Both the position numbers and the translations under genes were made by a program. Below the pieces are notes generated by a model that saw nothing but the letters and a program-made list of their open reading frames with translations, had not been told where the DNA came from and searched no databases. A stretch of 64,000 nucleotides of DNA. Origin: Bacteroidia bacterium (GTDB lineage: Bacteria; Bacteroidota; Bacteroidia; NS11-12g; UBA955). Positions 29,431-40,700 of this stretch are shown here, piece by piece. Position 1 is the stretch's first letter, and each line of letters starts with the position of its first letter. The stretch spans positions 22,922-86,921 of the forward strand of contig JAMNXP010000008.1 in NCBI GenBank assembly GCA_023653095.1. The letters run 5' to 3'.

Positions 29431-32400
29431 ATGTTTTTAAGAATTTGGTTGGTGGGTTTAATGGCGTTGATGGTCAATGCTGTAAACGCGCAGAGAGAAG
29501 GGTTTTCAGTATCCATTTCAGGCAAGGTTACAGGCAGTGATGATAAAGGAATTGCGGATGCTGAGGTTCAGGTTTATTATTTCACAGCCGAAGAAGCTAA
29601 CGGGAAAACATCCCACGAAAAGATAGAAGGGCGAGAGCCAATCAAAGTGTTTAAAACCAATACAGGCGGTGGTTTCAGCGGTGCTTTGACCATGGAAGAT
29701 TTTCAGAAATTGAGGGCGATGGGTGGAATGCGTGATTTGAAAATGGCGGTGAAGGTTCTCAAAGAGGGATACGTTAGTTCGTTCAGTTTTGTGGAGCCAG
29801 TGAGGAAAAGGGGCGAGATGGGCATGCAGTTGGAGATATCTGTTATTGTGCTTTTTAGGGCAGACGAAGCCATTTCTGCGGTTGAAGTTAAGACGCGCGC
29901 AGTAGAAATGAAGGGCGATACAACTGAAATCAATGCTTCGAATTTTAAGACCAATCCTGATGCCAGCGCCGAAGACTTGGTGAAAAAGATGCCGGGAGTG
30001 ACTTCAAATAACGGTGAGGTGGAGGCCCAGGGCGAGAAGGTGAAGCGGGTTTTGATAGACGGGAAGCCTTATTTTGGAGATGATCCGAAAGCGGCATTGA
30101 AGAATGTTCCGGCCGATGTTATATCGAAAGTGCAGATTTTTGATGCACAATCAGAGAGGAGCGCATTTACGGGTTTTGATGATGGAAATACCACTAAAAC
30201 CATGAATATCATTACCAAGATGGGCTTCAAGAAGGGGCGTTTTGGTAAGTTTTACGGGGGACTGGGACAGAGTATTGATGGAACAGGTGACTTGTTGAAA
30301 TACCAAGCGGGGGCTACTTACAATACCTTCAATGGCGACCGAAGATGGTCATTACTTTTTCAAACCAACAACATCAACGAACAAAATTTTGCCGTTGAGG
30401 ACATCATGGGCGCTTTGGGCATGGGCGGCAACAGAGGCGGAGGCATGGGAATGTTCCGAGGTGCAGTTAATTTCTTTTCGGGAACTCAAACGGGTGTTGT
30501 CACAACGGCTATGTTGGGACTGAATTACGCCGATAAATGGAGTAAGAAATTGGATGTCAGCGGAAGTTATTTCTTGAGCGCTACTGAAAATTTGAGCGAA
30601 AGCAATACAGAACGTTGGTTTATATCTGCGGTCCAAAATAACGTGACATATTTAGAGAATAATTCCAATACCAACAGACAGTTAAATCACAGATTGAACG
30701 GGCGAATTACCTGGGATGTTGATAGCTTAAATAAGGTTTTTATTACTCCAAGGTTGACCTTGCAGCAATCAAATAACAACGGAGTAATTGCCGGAAATAG
30801 CATTATTTACGGAGCTATGGGAAGTTTTGAGTCGTTATCAGCAATGAACAATTTGAATGGCGATACGGGCTTGGGTTACAACTTGCAAGCCGGATTTGAG
30901 TGGTTGCATGCCATTAAGAGCAAAAAGGGAAGATCCATCAGTTTGGAGGTAACTCCGGGAATTAACAACGGGTTGAATTTGGGCAACTTAAATTATTCAA
31001 ACATTTCAGCCGTGGCGGGTAGTTTTTTTGATACATCTACTAGGGCTCAACAAACCAATACTGGACGAAATCGATACAGTTTGTCGGCTGAGTTAGAATA
31101 TACGGAGCCTTTAGATTCATTGAGGAGTTTGTCGTTTGAGTATCAGTTGAATGTGAATCAAAACAACAGTGAGCGCTTGAATTACCTCAGGAATGGAGTT
31201 ACTGGCGAATGGAGTGTTTTAGATACTTTGTTGTCATCGAAGTTGATCAATGGGTACTCAAGACAGGCTTTGGGAGGTCGTTATCAGTATAAGAAAAAGG
31301 CGTATGAATATGATTTAGGATTTGATTTGCAGGTGGCAAATTTGGATGCAACCCAGTATTTTCCTCGTGAAATTCCGGTGATTCGCACCTTTTATAGTTT
31401 TTTACCTCGATTTACCTTCAGAAAAGGTGATTGGAGAAGTTCCAACATGAGGGTTTTTTATAGAACCAGCAATAGCGCCCCTAGTTTGGAAGATTTACAA
31501 GACGTTATTGACAACAGCAATCCTTTGCAATTGAGAACAGGTAATCCCAATTTGGTTCAGGATTTCACACACAATTTAACGTTGAGGTATTTCAAGATGG
31601 ACATGGCTAAGAGCACTAATTTTTTTGCAATGTTGATGGGTACTGCCAAGCAAAATGCCATTACCACTTTGACACAACTTGCGGGCAGAGATGGAAGTAC
31701 CTACGTGGTGGGAGATTCTACATATTCTTTAAAACCAGGTTCTCAGTTGACTCGCCCAATCAACATGAATGGGGCATACAACGCTAGATTTGTAGGCAGT
31801 TTCGGAAAACCCTTTTTCAAGGGGAAGATCTTCGCCAATGCCAATGGAGGAATCACCTATGTAGAGAATCCTTCAATGATTCAGATGGGCACATCAGAGG
31901 CTCAGGCAAACATTTCGAGAACTCCCGGTGCCAATTTAGGCTTGACTTTGGGGTCAAATATCAGTGAGCGGGTAGATTTTACTTTATCTGGAAATATCAA
32001 TTACAGTCAAGTAAGAAATAGTTTGCAAACCAATCTGGATCAAGACTATTTCATACAAAATGCTTCTTTTAGGACTAATTTCATGCCTAAAGGCAAGTGG
32101 GTCATTTCTTCCGATATCACCTTACAATCATTCAATGGATTGTCTAGTTCGTTCAATCAGACGTTCTTTTTGTGGAACGCTTCTGTTGGACGAAAATTAG
32201 GGAAGAAAAAACAATGGGACTTCCGTTTGATGGCTTATGATTTATTGAATCAAAACCGTTCAATCACACGAAATGTAACACAGACCTATTTTGAAGATGT
32301 GCGCACCAATGTATTGACGCGCTACATTATGTTCAATCTAACGTACAATCTACGCAGTTTAAACGGTAACGAGGCAACCGAAGAGATGAAGAAGATGCGC

Positions 32401-32457
32401 ATGATGATGCCTATGGGTCCGGGAGGACATGGCAGAGGAATACCTTTTGGGCGATAA
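29431..32457 (+). CDS. TonB-dependent-receptor-like outer-membrane beta-barrel protein
   Basis: KGDTTEINA, EDLVKKMPGV, VLIDGKPYFGDDP plug, GNPNL, DLLNQN, RYIMFNLTYNL. TAACTTTG promoter at 29419. Confidence 0.85.
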   Translation: MFLRIWLVGLMALMVNAVNAQREGFSVSISGKVTGSDDKGIADAEVQVYYFTAEEANGKTSHEKIEGREPIKVFKTNTGGGFSGALTMEDFQKLRAMGGMRDLKMAVKVLKEGYVSSFSFVEPVRKRGEMGMQLEISVIVLFRADEAISAVEVKTRAVEMKGDTTEINASNFKTNPDASAEDLVKKMPGVTSNNGEVEAQGEKVKRVLIDGKPYFGDDPKAALKNVPADVISKVQIFDAQSERSAFTGFDDGNTTKTMNIITKMGFKKGRFGKFYGGLGQSIDGTGDLLKYQAGATYNTFNGDRRWSLLFQTNNINEQNFAVEDIMGALGMGGNRGGGMGMFRGAVNFFSGTQTGVVTTAMLGLNYADKWSKKLDVSGSYFLSATENLSESNTERWFISAVQNNVTYLENNSNTNRQLNHRLNGRITWDVDSLNKVFITPRLTLQQSNNNGVIAGNSIIYGAMGSFESLSAMNNLNGDTGLGYNLQAGFEWLHAIKSKKGRSISLEVTPGINNGLNLGNLNYSNISAVAGSFFDTSTRAQQTNTGRNRYSLSAELEYTEPLDSLRSLSFEYQLNVNQNNSERLNYLRNGVTGEWSVLDTLLSSKLINGYSRQALGGRYQYKKKAYEYDLGFDLQVANLDATQYFPREIPVIRTFYSFLPRFTFRKGDWRSSNMRVFYRTSNSAPSLEDLQDVIDNSNPLQLRTGNPNLVQDFTHNLTLRYFKMDMAKSTNFFAMLMGTAKQNAITTLTQLAGRDGSTYVVGDSTYSLKPGSQLTRPINMNGAYNARFVGSFGKPFFKGKIFANANGGITYVENPSMIQMGTSEAQANISRTPGANLGLTLGSNISERVDFTLSGNINYSQVRNSLQTNLDQDYFIQNASFRTNFMPKGKWVISSDITLQSFNGLSSSFNQTFFLWNASVGRKLGKKKQWDFRLMAYDLLNQNRSITRNVTQTYFEDVRTNVLTRYIMFNLTYNLRSLNGNEATEEMKKMRMMMPMGPGGHGRGIPFGR

Positions 32458-32468
32458 CTTGGTTGCTA

Positions 32469-33497
32469 TTAAAGTTGGATTGACAAACCTACTGATAGTA
32501 CTTCCTTGAATTGGAGACGTGGACCAGATCTAAGTCCTTCGGGATCCAAAGCAATCATGATATCATCATCATAGATGAAGTGAAGGATGAGCATGGTAGA
32601 AATGTACTGATTGATTTTAAGATTTAAGGTGTTCTCAAAATCTACGTCAATGTTCTCGGGGTTGTTGAGGTAATTGGAAAACAGTTCAAGTTTTGATTGA
32701 ATGCCCACGTTTTTCATGATGCGTGGTTCATTATAGACTACGCGCATGAATCCTCCGGTTTCAGAACGGTGTCTTTTTCCGGTTCCAGGGATGTATTCAA
32801 AGGTAACGGGATCCATTTTGGCGGCTTCTACACCATAAGCTCCTTGGTCTGCTAGGTCTTGATTTAAAACGAAGGTATTTTTACTGGTAAAAGGTCCAAA
32901 GAACACGCTGAGTTTTTGAGAAGGGTTATAATCCATTCCCAAGGAAGCAACGACATAACCTGGTGCAAAGAACTGTGAAATTGGTTTTGTATCAGTTTCG
33001 GAATAATAACCAGGTTGGAATTGGGTAGACGGCGTAAGAAGGAAGGTGTAAAACCATTTTTCGCTTGCTTTTTTACCCACTTTTGTGGTGATTTCAAGTC
33101 GGTCATCGTTTTTAAACCAACGACCGTTTCTTCCTTGAAGAATTAGACCGTAACCAGCATCAAGGGTTGTTTCCCAGGTTAGGTTTGTAGATTGATAGGT
33201 AAGGTTCAGGTTCAAAGTAGTAGAAAGCGCGATAGAGTTTTGACCTCCTCCTTGCCAATTGGAAAATTGACTTTGGTTGGTTGAGATATTGGATGTACCG
33301 AAAAAGGTCCATGTACCAGTGGGTGTTTCGGGAAGGGCTTCTTCGGCGGGAACTTCTTGAACAGTGGTTTCTGCTGAGTAGTCTACAGCAGTAAAGTCAG
33401 AGTTTACTGCTGTAGAGTCTGATTGAGCAGATAAGGGATTGAAAGCGATAGCGCATCCCCCGAAAAACAAAAAAAATAGATGATTCTTCAAATTCAT
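32469..33497 (-). CDS. DUF3078-type outer-membrane beta-barrel protein
   Basis: QSQFSNWQGGGQNS, KNDDRLEI, TQFQPGY, FFAPGY, LELFSNY, YDDD, LQFKEVLSVG. Confidence 0.85.
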   Translation of the reverse strand: MNLKNHLFFLFFGGCAIAFNPLSAQSDSTAVNSDFTAVDYSAETTVQEVPAEEALPETPTGTWTFFGTSNISTNQSQFSNWQGGGQNSIALSTTLNLNLTYQSTNLTWETTLDAGYGLILQGRNGRWFKNDDRLEITTKVGKKASEKWFYTFLLTPSTQFQPGYYSETDTKPISQFFAPGYVVASLGMDYNPSQKLSVFFGPFTSKNTFVLNQDLADQGAYGVEAAKMDPVTFEYIPGTGKRHRSETGGFMRVVYNEPRIMKNVGIQSKLELFSNYLNNPENIDVDFENTLNLKINQYISTMLILHFIYDDDIMIALDPEGLRSGPRLQFKEVLSVGLSIQL

Positions 33498-33512
33498 GAT
33501 ATTTTCCAGAAA

Positions 33513-34565
33513 TTACATTTCAGGGAAAGGGTTGTACTTGCGGTTAGGGCCGATGGTGTAGGGGAAGATGATGAGAGAAAATTCGTGGGTGACGGGAACG
33601 CCGGTATTTTTCAAGGAAACGTTCCAATCATTGGAATATGCAAAGTAGTATTTGTCATAGCGGGCACCAAAATAATAGTTGATGCTCCAAGCCTGTTTAT
33701 CAAAAGCCTGGGTGTTTTGCGCGCCAACTCCGAGTCTAAAATTCGCCCTTTTGGCATTAAACATGATGCTTCTTGACTGTACAGTTTCTTGTTTTCCAAG
33801 AACTGTTTGTTGCTGGATCAGGTAGTTGAAAGAAGGAATTATTTCTGTACCTGTGGGGGAGGTGTAAATTCTTGTCCCTCCTTGTAAACTGAGATTTAAG
33901 GGGAGATTCTGAACTCCATCGCCATAAAAGGAAATATCGGGCTGGTTTATGTTATAAGCAGACAGCCCTAAAAATCCATTTTTACCATAGAAAAGAGTTC
34001 CTGCTGAAACGTGTACAGCATTGCGAGTGATTTTATTCAGTGGTTCTGATGTGGGATTTACGAAGCCAGTGTTTGCTTGGTTGATCTGATCCTCCCAAAG
34101 GAATTGATCTTTTCCGAAAGAAAACGAAGAAAACTGAGCGGTCATGCCCAATTTTAGCTGGTAAGCGTTGATTTTAATGTCATAACCGTAGGTCAGGGAA
34201 GCTGAAAAGTGGGAATATTTAGACATTTTATCGGCTCCAGAATTGAGGTCTGTTGTGAAGGCGCTGACACCCCATGAGGTGTTGTTTTTTTTAACGGGAC
34301 TATCAAAAGACAAGGTCTGGGTATACAATCTGTTGGAAATCCCTAACCATTGGGCCTTGGTGCCCGAGGTTATGCGGCTGGCAGCTTCGGAATTGACGCT
34401 TCCTAACCCAACGAGAGCAGGATTGGTTAAATGTCTTTGAGCGTATAATTGTCTGAATTGGGGATTTTGTGCTTGAAGATTGGGAATATTTAATACGGAT
34501 AAAAGCCCTAAAATTAGGCTTTGAATTGAAGTTTTTCTGTTGGAAATAAAACGATTGAAAATCAT
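33513..34565 (-). CDS. PorP/SprF-family T9SS outer-membrane protein
   Basis: QNPQFRQLY...NPALVG...QWLGI...NINQP...THEFSL. The start is uncertain (34565 vs 34622). Confidence 0.75.
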   Translation of the reverse strand: MIFNRFISNRKTSIQSLILGLLSVLNIPNLQAQNPQFRQLYAQRHLTNPALVGLGSVNSEAASRITSGTKAQWLGISNRLYTQTLSFDSPVKKNNTSWGVSAFTTDLNSGADKMSKYSHFSASLTYGYDIKINAYQLKLGMTAQFSSFSFGKDQFLWEDQINQANTGFVNPTSEPLNKITRNAVHVSAGTLFYGKNGFLGLSAYNINQPDISFYGDGVQNLPLNLSLQGGTRIYTSPTGTEIIPSFNYLIQQQTVLGKQETVQSRSIMFNAKRANFRLGVGAQNTQAFDKQAWSINYYFGARYDKYYFAYSNDWNVSLKNTGVPVTHEFSLIIFPYTIGPNRKYNPFPEM

Positions 34566-34700
34566 CAATGAATTTTCAACAATATTACGGAATAATATTT
34601 CCTCAAAAATGAAATTCACCAAATATTATATAATGTTAAAATCCTGAAATTCATAGCAACGGGTAATTTTGCTTAATATTGCTTATTGTTCAAATAAATA

Positions 34701-37700
34701 ATGAACGTACATTCAATCAAATCTAATTACAGAACCAACAGGTTTGTCAAGGTGGCAATATTGTTGCTTTTCTTGATGCATGTTGGGCGTGCTTTTTCCG
34801 CTGGTTCCACAGATAGTTGTAGAGGATTAATTCTGGGTGCCAATGTAAATTCAGATATCTGTTTTAATTCGGGCTCAGGTTTCACAAATTCTACTCAAGA
34901 CACTCTAAATTATTCCATAAGTCATTCTTGGAAATTTGACGGTACAGAATTATCAACCCTTGCAGTTCCGCAGATTGGCTCTTTAGCAGTGGGTAGTTAT
35001 ACAGTTGTTTATAGAGTGACCAATGCTGTTGGTTGCTGGAAGGCAGATACGTTTGCCTTGAATATTGTAGATTTACCTACTTCACTGGTAACGGTAAACG
35101 ATGCTTCACAGTGTGACAACAAGAATGAGTTTATATTAGAGTCGGTTAGCACGGTTCCATCTGGAGCAGGAACAATAACAGGTTCAGATTGGAATTACGG
35201 AGATGCGACCACTGGTTCAGGAGATTCTGTGGCACACACCTATACATCTAATGTTGGATTGTTGACGGTGGTTCACACAGTAACTACTTCTTACGGATGT
35301 GAAGATACCAGTCAAATCAAGTTGACGGTGTTGCAAGGTCCCACTGCGAAGTTCACCATCGATACGGTAAACAACTGTTTGAGGGGTAATGAATTTGGAT
35401 TTACCGAGAATTCAACCGCTGGAGATGCCAGCAAAAAAGAATATACTTGGAGCATCACAGAGAAGTCCAGTCAAACAAAGACAACTTCATCGAGATTTAC
35501 AGAATCATTCGGCACTGTAGGAGTTAAAACTGTCAAGTTATTGGTTGAAGACAACAACGGTTGTTTGGACTCAATGACCAAGACGTTGGAGGTTCATATC
35601 CATCCCACGGCAAATTTTAGCGTGAATGATACTGCTCAGTGTTTGAAGGGAAATTCATTTGTACTAAGCAGCAGTTCAATTTCAAATGTCACCAATGCGG
35701 CGTTGACCAACTACTGGGATTTCAAAGACGGAAGCAACAGCACTTCGGCAAATCCAAGCAAAACATACGCAAGTTCAGGACGCAGAGAAGTAGAATTGAT
35801 TGTGACAAATGACAAAGGTTGTAGCGATACTACGGTTGGTGTGGCTCATAGTTATCAAGATCCAGATGTGAAATTCACCATTGATGATTCTACACAATGT
35901 TTTGATACACACAAATACAAACTCACTAATACTACTCAGAATTTTGCTTCAAGTATAAACTACACTTGGAGTTTTGGTGATTCAAGTACGTCTGTAGCAT
36001 TCAACGCAGTAAAAGTATACAGTTTCACTGGAAGAAAACAGGTTAGCCTAATTGGAGTTGATTCTAGAGGATGTAGAGATACGTTTTCAGAAGGCGTTTA
36101 TACGGTACCCATGCCCAAAGCGCTTGCAACTGTAAACGATGCTGATCAGTGTGATAACAGCAATTTATTTATATTAGAAACAAACAGTACTGTTCCAGCA
36201 GGAGCTGGTAGTATTTCTTCAACGTGGAATTTTGGTAACGGGGCAACTTCTGCAGGAGATTCTGTTGGTTACCATTATTCAACATTAACTGGAAATGTCA
36301 CAGTTATTCACACGGTCACTAGTTCCTACGGATGTATTGACACCAACCAAATAAAATTGAAGGTTTTCAATGGACCAATCGCAAAATTTACGATTGACAC
36401 TGTCAATAATTGTTTGAGAGGCAACACTTTTGGATTCACTGAAAACTCCACGGTAGGTGATGCGAGCAAAAAATCTTTTACTTGGAATTTTGACGGTTTT
36501 TCACCTTTAACAAGGTTGGTTTCAAGCAGATTTACCCAAGGCTTCCTAGCTGCAGGTTCTCAGAACATTAAGTTAATGGTAGAGGATAACAACGGTTGTA
36601 AAGACTCAATTACTAAGTCGGTTATAGTTCAGAATCACCCCATCGCGTTGATCTCAAAAATTGGGGCTGACTCTTGTCAAGACATCGCTTCTAAGTTTAA
36701 TGTGGTTGATTTGAAGGCACCAAAACCTGTAGGGGTTAGTTGGTTGTTCAGCGATAATCAGACCTTTACTGATTCGATCATTACCGTGAGTTTTTCTTTT
36801 GATGGACAAAAATCTGCGCGAGCTATCGTTACCAACGCTGTAGGATGTAGGGATACCGCAATCAGAGTTTTTAAAGTATACAGAAATCCAGTTGCGAATT
36901 TTAAATTCACTGATTCTGCCGTTTGTTTGCGTGGAAACGAAGTTGAGATTAATCAAACTTCTTCCAATGTTCACGGAACACTGAGTACAGCAACATGGAA
37001 TTTTGGTGACGGATCGGGAGTTACGCAAAATAATGCTGCAACGTTTAAGAAATCATATTCGTCAGCTGGAACCTACACGGTGAAGATGATCTACACCAAT
37101 TCATTGGGTTGTGGAGACACACTCACAAAGTTGGTTACTGTTTTGCCGATGCCCAAAGCCCAATTTGCTTGGGTAGACAGTTTGCAATGCAGAACAGGGA
37201 ACGGTTTTAGTGCGATAAATCAGAGTAAATCGAATGTAACAGGTCATACTTTGAATTATGTTTGGGATTTTGGGGATTCTACTTCTTCAACTTTGGCCAA
37301 TCCTTCTTTATCTTATGCATATGATGGAACCAAGACAGTAAGGCTTTCTGTTAACTCTTCCGAGGGATGTAAAGACACGTTCATTTCACAAGTAATAGTA
37401 TATCCTCAACCGCGCGTTGGATTCACCATCAACGATGTTGATCAGTGTGTGAACAATGATGTATTCGCATTCAATGATACATCAAAGGTGATAACCGGCG
37501 GTGGAACTTTGAGCAGATTGTGGAATTTAGGCGATGGGGGAAGTGCCAATACTTTGTCACCCACCCGTTCTTATTCTAGCAGCGGAAATAGAAATATTAA
37601 ATTGGTTGTCACCACATCTAACGGATGTAAAGATTCGGTGAGCAAATCAATTACGGTATTTGCAAAACCAGAGTCCCGTTTTTCTAAATTGAATCCAGAT

Positions 37701-40700
37701 TCATGTTTGAATACTACCTGGAATTTCAGGGTTCGCGATGCGTTGAGTACCACAATGACCAGCGTAGCATGGACGGTTTCAGGAAGTACCAATTATTCAG
37801 ACTCATTAATCAGTCATCACTTTAGTACCAACGGTACCCATACTGTAGGTTTGATCATTGGTAATGCGGATGGGTGTTTTGATACTGCGTCGCATCAAGT
37901 GAGAGTGTTTAAAAATCCAGTGGCTAGTTACACCGTGGATGATTCTGCTCAGTGTTTTGCAGTCAATTATTTCAAGTTCCAAGTGGGAAGTACTTCTCCC
38001 AACGGTTTGTCTTTGAAGCATAGTTGGGATTTTGGAGATACTTCGGGTTCAAGCGCTTTGAAACCCGTAAAAGTGTTTGCGAGCATCGGACGAAGATCGG
38101 TGTACTTGAAATCTACAGATACGCGCGGTTGCGCTGATTCATTTAGACAAGACATTTATGTGGCTCCATATCCGGTATCTAATTTCACCATCAAGGATTC
38201 TGTACAGTGTGAGAATCATAACTTATATGTTTTTGAAGATGCAAGTAGCATTCTTTCTGGTGGAGGAAGTCTAAGTTCGCAATGGATTTATGGAGACAAT
38301 ACTACAGCCAGCGGTGACTCAGTAGCACATAATTATGCTACAAAAACGGGTTACATCAAGGTTCAACACAAGAGTATCTCAAGTTACGGATGTAGAGACA
38401 GCAGCATCCAAACGGTTCACGTAAGAAAAGGACCAGATGCGGTTATAGGGCTTGACACGGTGTTGTATTGCATCAGAGGAAATGAATTTGGAGCTACAGA
38501 CCTCAGCGTTAAAGGCGAAGGCAATAAGACCAAGTTCACATGGACTTGGGGCGATGGCAACGTAGACGTAAAATCAACGCCATCAAGATTTACATACAGT
38601 TACGCAAATACCGGAACCTATACCATTAAGTTGTTGGTTGAAGATCAATACTCTTGTATTGATTCAATCAGTAAATCAACCACGGTACATCCTAATCCAA
38701 CAGCACAGTTTGCAATAGTTGATAGTTTGCAATGTTTCAATGCAAACAGCTTTTCTTTTGCGCAACAAAGTACATCGAACACAACCAATTCAGTGTTGAG
38801 TTACGCGTGGACGTTTGGTGATGGAGGCACAAGTACAGTCTCATCGCCCACCCATTCTTATTCTGTTTACGGATCGAGAGACCTCCAGTTGAGAGTGACA
38901 AACGTCTTTGGATGTAAAGATACGTTTGACTCAAAGGCTAGAGTTTACTCATTGCCAGTAGTTAAGTTCACCGTAAACGATTCCACTCAGTGCGAGAATA
39001 ACCAGTTGTTCAACTACCAAGATTTGTCGAGCATTCCATCAGGGGAGGGAAACATCAGCAGAAACTGGACTTTGGGCGATGGAAGTCAGAGCACTGCCTC
39101 TGATTTCAGTTACAGATACAGCGGACATGATACTGTAATTGTGAAGTTGGTGCAGACCAGTAGTTTTGGTTGTAAAGACTCATTGAGTAAGCGCATTGAA
39201 GTTTTGAGAAAACCTCAAATCAGATTTGCTAAAATTGGAGCAGATTCATGTAGAAATACACCATCAAAGTTTAAGGCATGGGATGCAGATGTGGTTAAGC
39301 CATTGAGCGTAAGTTGGTTGTTTAGCGACAATCAGACTTTCAATGATTCCATCATCACCGCATCTTTTGCGGTTGAAGGACAAAAATCGTTGAGAGTGAT
39401 TGTGGGTAATTCCAGCGGCTGTACCGATACAATAAACAGAATATTCAATGTGTATGAGAATCCACATGCTGGGTTCTTCATCACAGATTCAGCATTGTGC
39501 TTCAGGGGCAATGAGTTTGAATTTAACGATACCACGAGCATTAACAATGGAACCGTATCACAATTGATTTGGGACTTTGGGGATGGGAAATCACAAACCA
39601 AAACCACGAATGCAGCGGTTTACAACAGATATGCAGATACCGGAAATTACACCGTAAAATTGCGTATTACCAACACATTGGGATGTGGAGACACCATTAC
39701 CAGGAAGTTGCGCGTACTGCCACAACCTAAGGCGGTATTCACTCATGCTGATAGTTTACAGTGTCGTACAAACAACAGCTTTGAATTTAATAACAATAGC
39801 GTTTCAAATTCATCAACAACGTCGTTGACGTATGATTGGAGATTTGGAGACAGCACAACATCTGCTTCTCTAAGTCCAGTGAAGTCATATGTCTACGATG
39901 GGGTGAAGAATTTAATCTTGTACGTAGAGAATGGCGAAGGTTGTAGAGATACTTTCAATTCAACATTGGAAGTATATCCGCAGTCGGTTGTTGATTTTAG
40001 TATCAATGACGTTGATCAGTGTGAGAACAACAATTTGTTTCAATTTACAGGGAATTCTACCACAGGGGCTCGTGGTGGATATTTGTATTCAAAATGGATT
40101 TTCGGTGATGGAGCAACAGACACTTCTCGAAATACCAGCCACAGATATACTGCACATGCAAACCACCAAGTGAAGTTGGTTGTAACCACTTTTTATGGAT
40201 GTAAAGACAGTATATCTAAAGGGGTTACAGTGTTCAAAAAACCGACGGGTTTATACACCAAAATCACCAAAGATTCTTGTTTGAATAACTCTCATAGCTT
40301 TAAGGTTGAAGATTTAGATCAACCAACCATGACATCAGTCACTTGGGAGTTTAATGATGGGGTAAACTTTACTGATTCAATAATCAATAGGACCTTTGTT
40401 GCGGATGGTCAGAAATCAGCGAATTTATATGTTCAAAACGCTAATGGATGTTTTGATTCAATTTATCCTAAGTTCAGAATCTATGATAATCCCATCGCTA
40501 ACTTTACAAGAAAAGATACCTTCTTATGTTTGGAAGGCAACAATTTTGAATTAACTAGCACGGCAACTTCCAAATACGGTTCTTTGAATCACTACAAATG
40601 GGAATTTGGTGACGGTCAGACGGGTGCGTCTAAGAATTTCAATCACAGTTATATCGATTCGGGATATTATGATATTACATACAGGGTAGTTAATACCTTG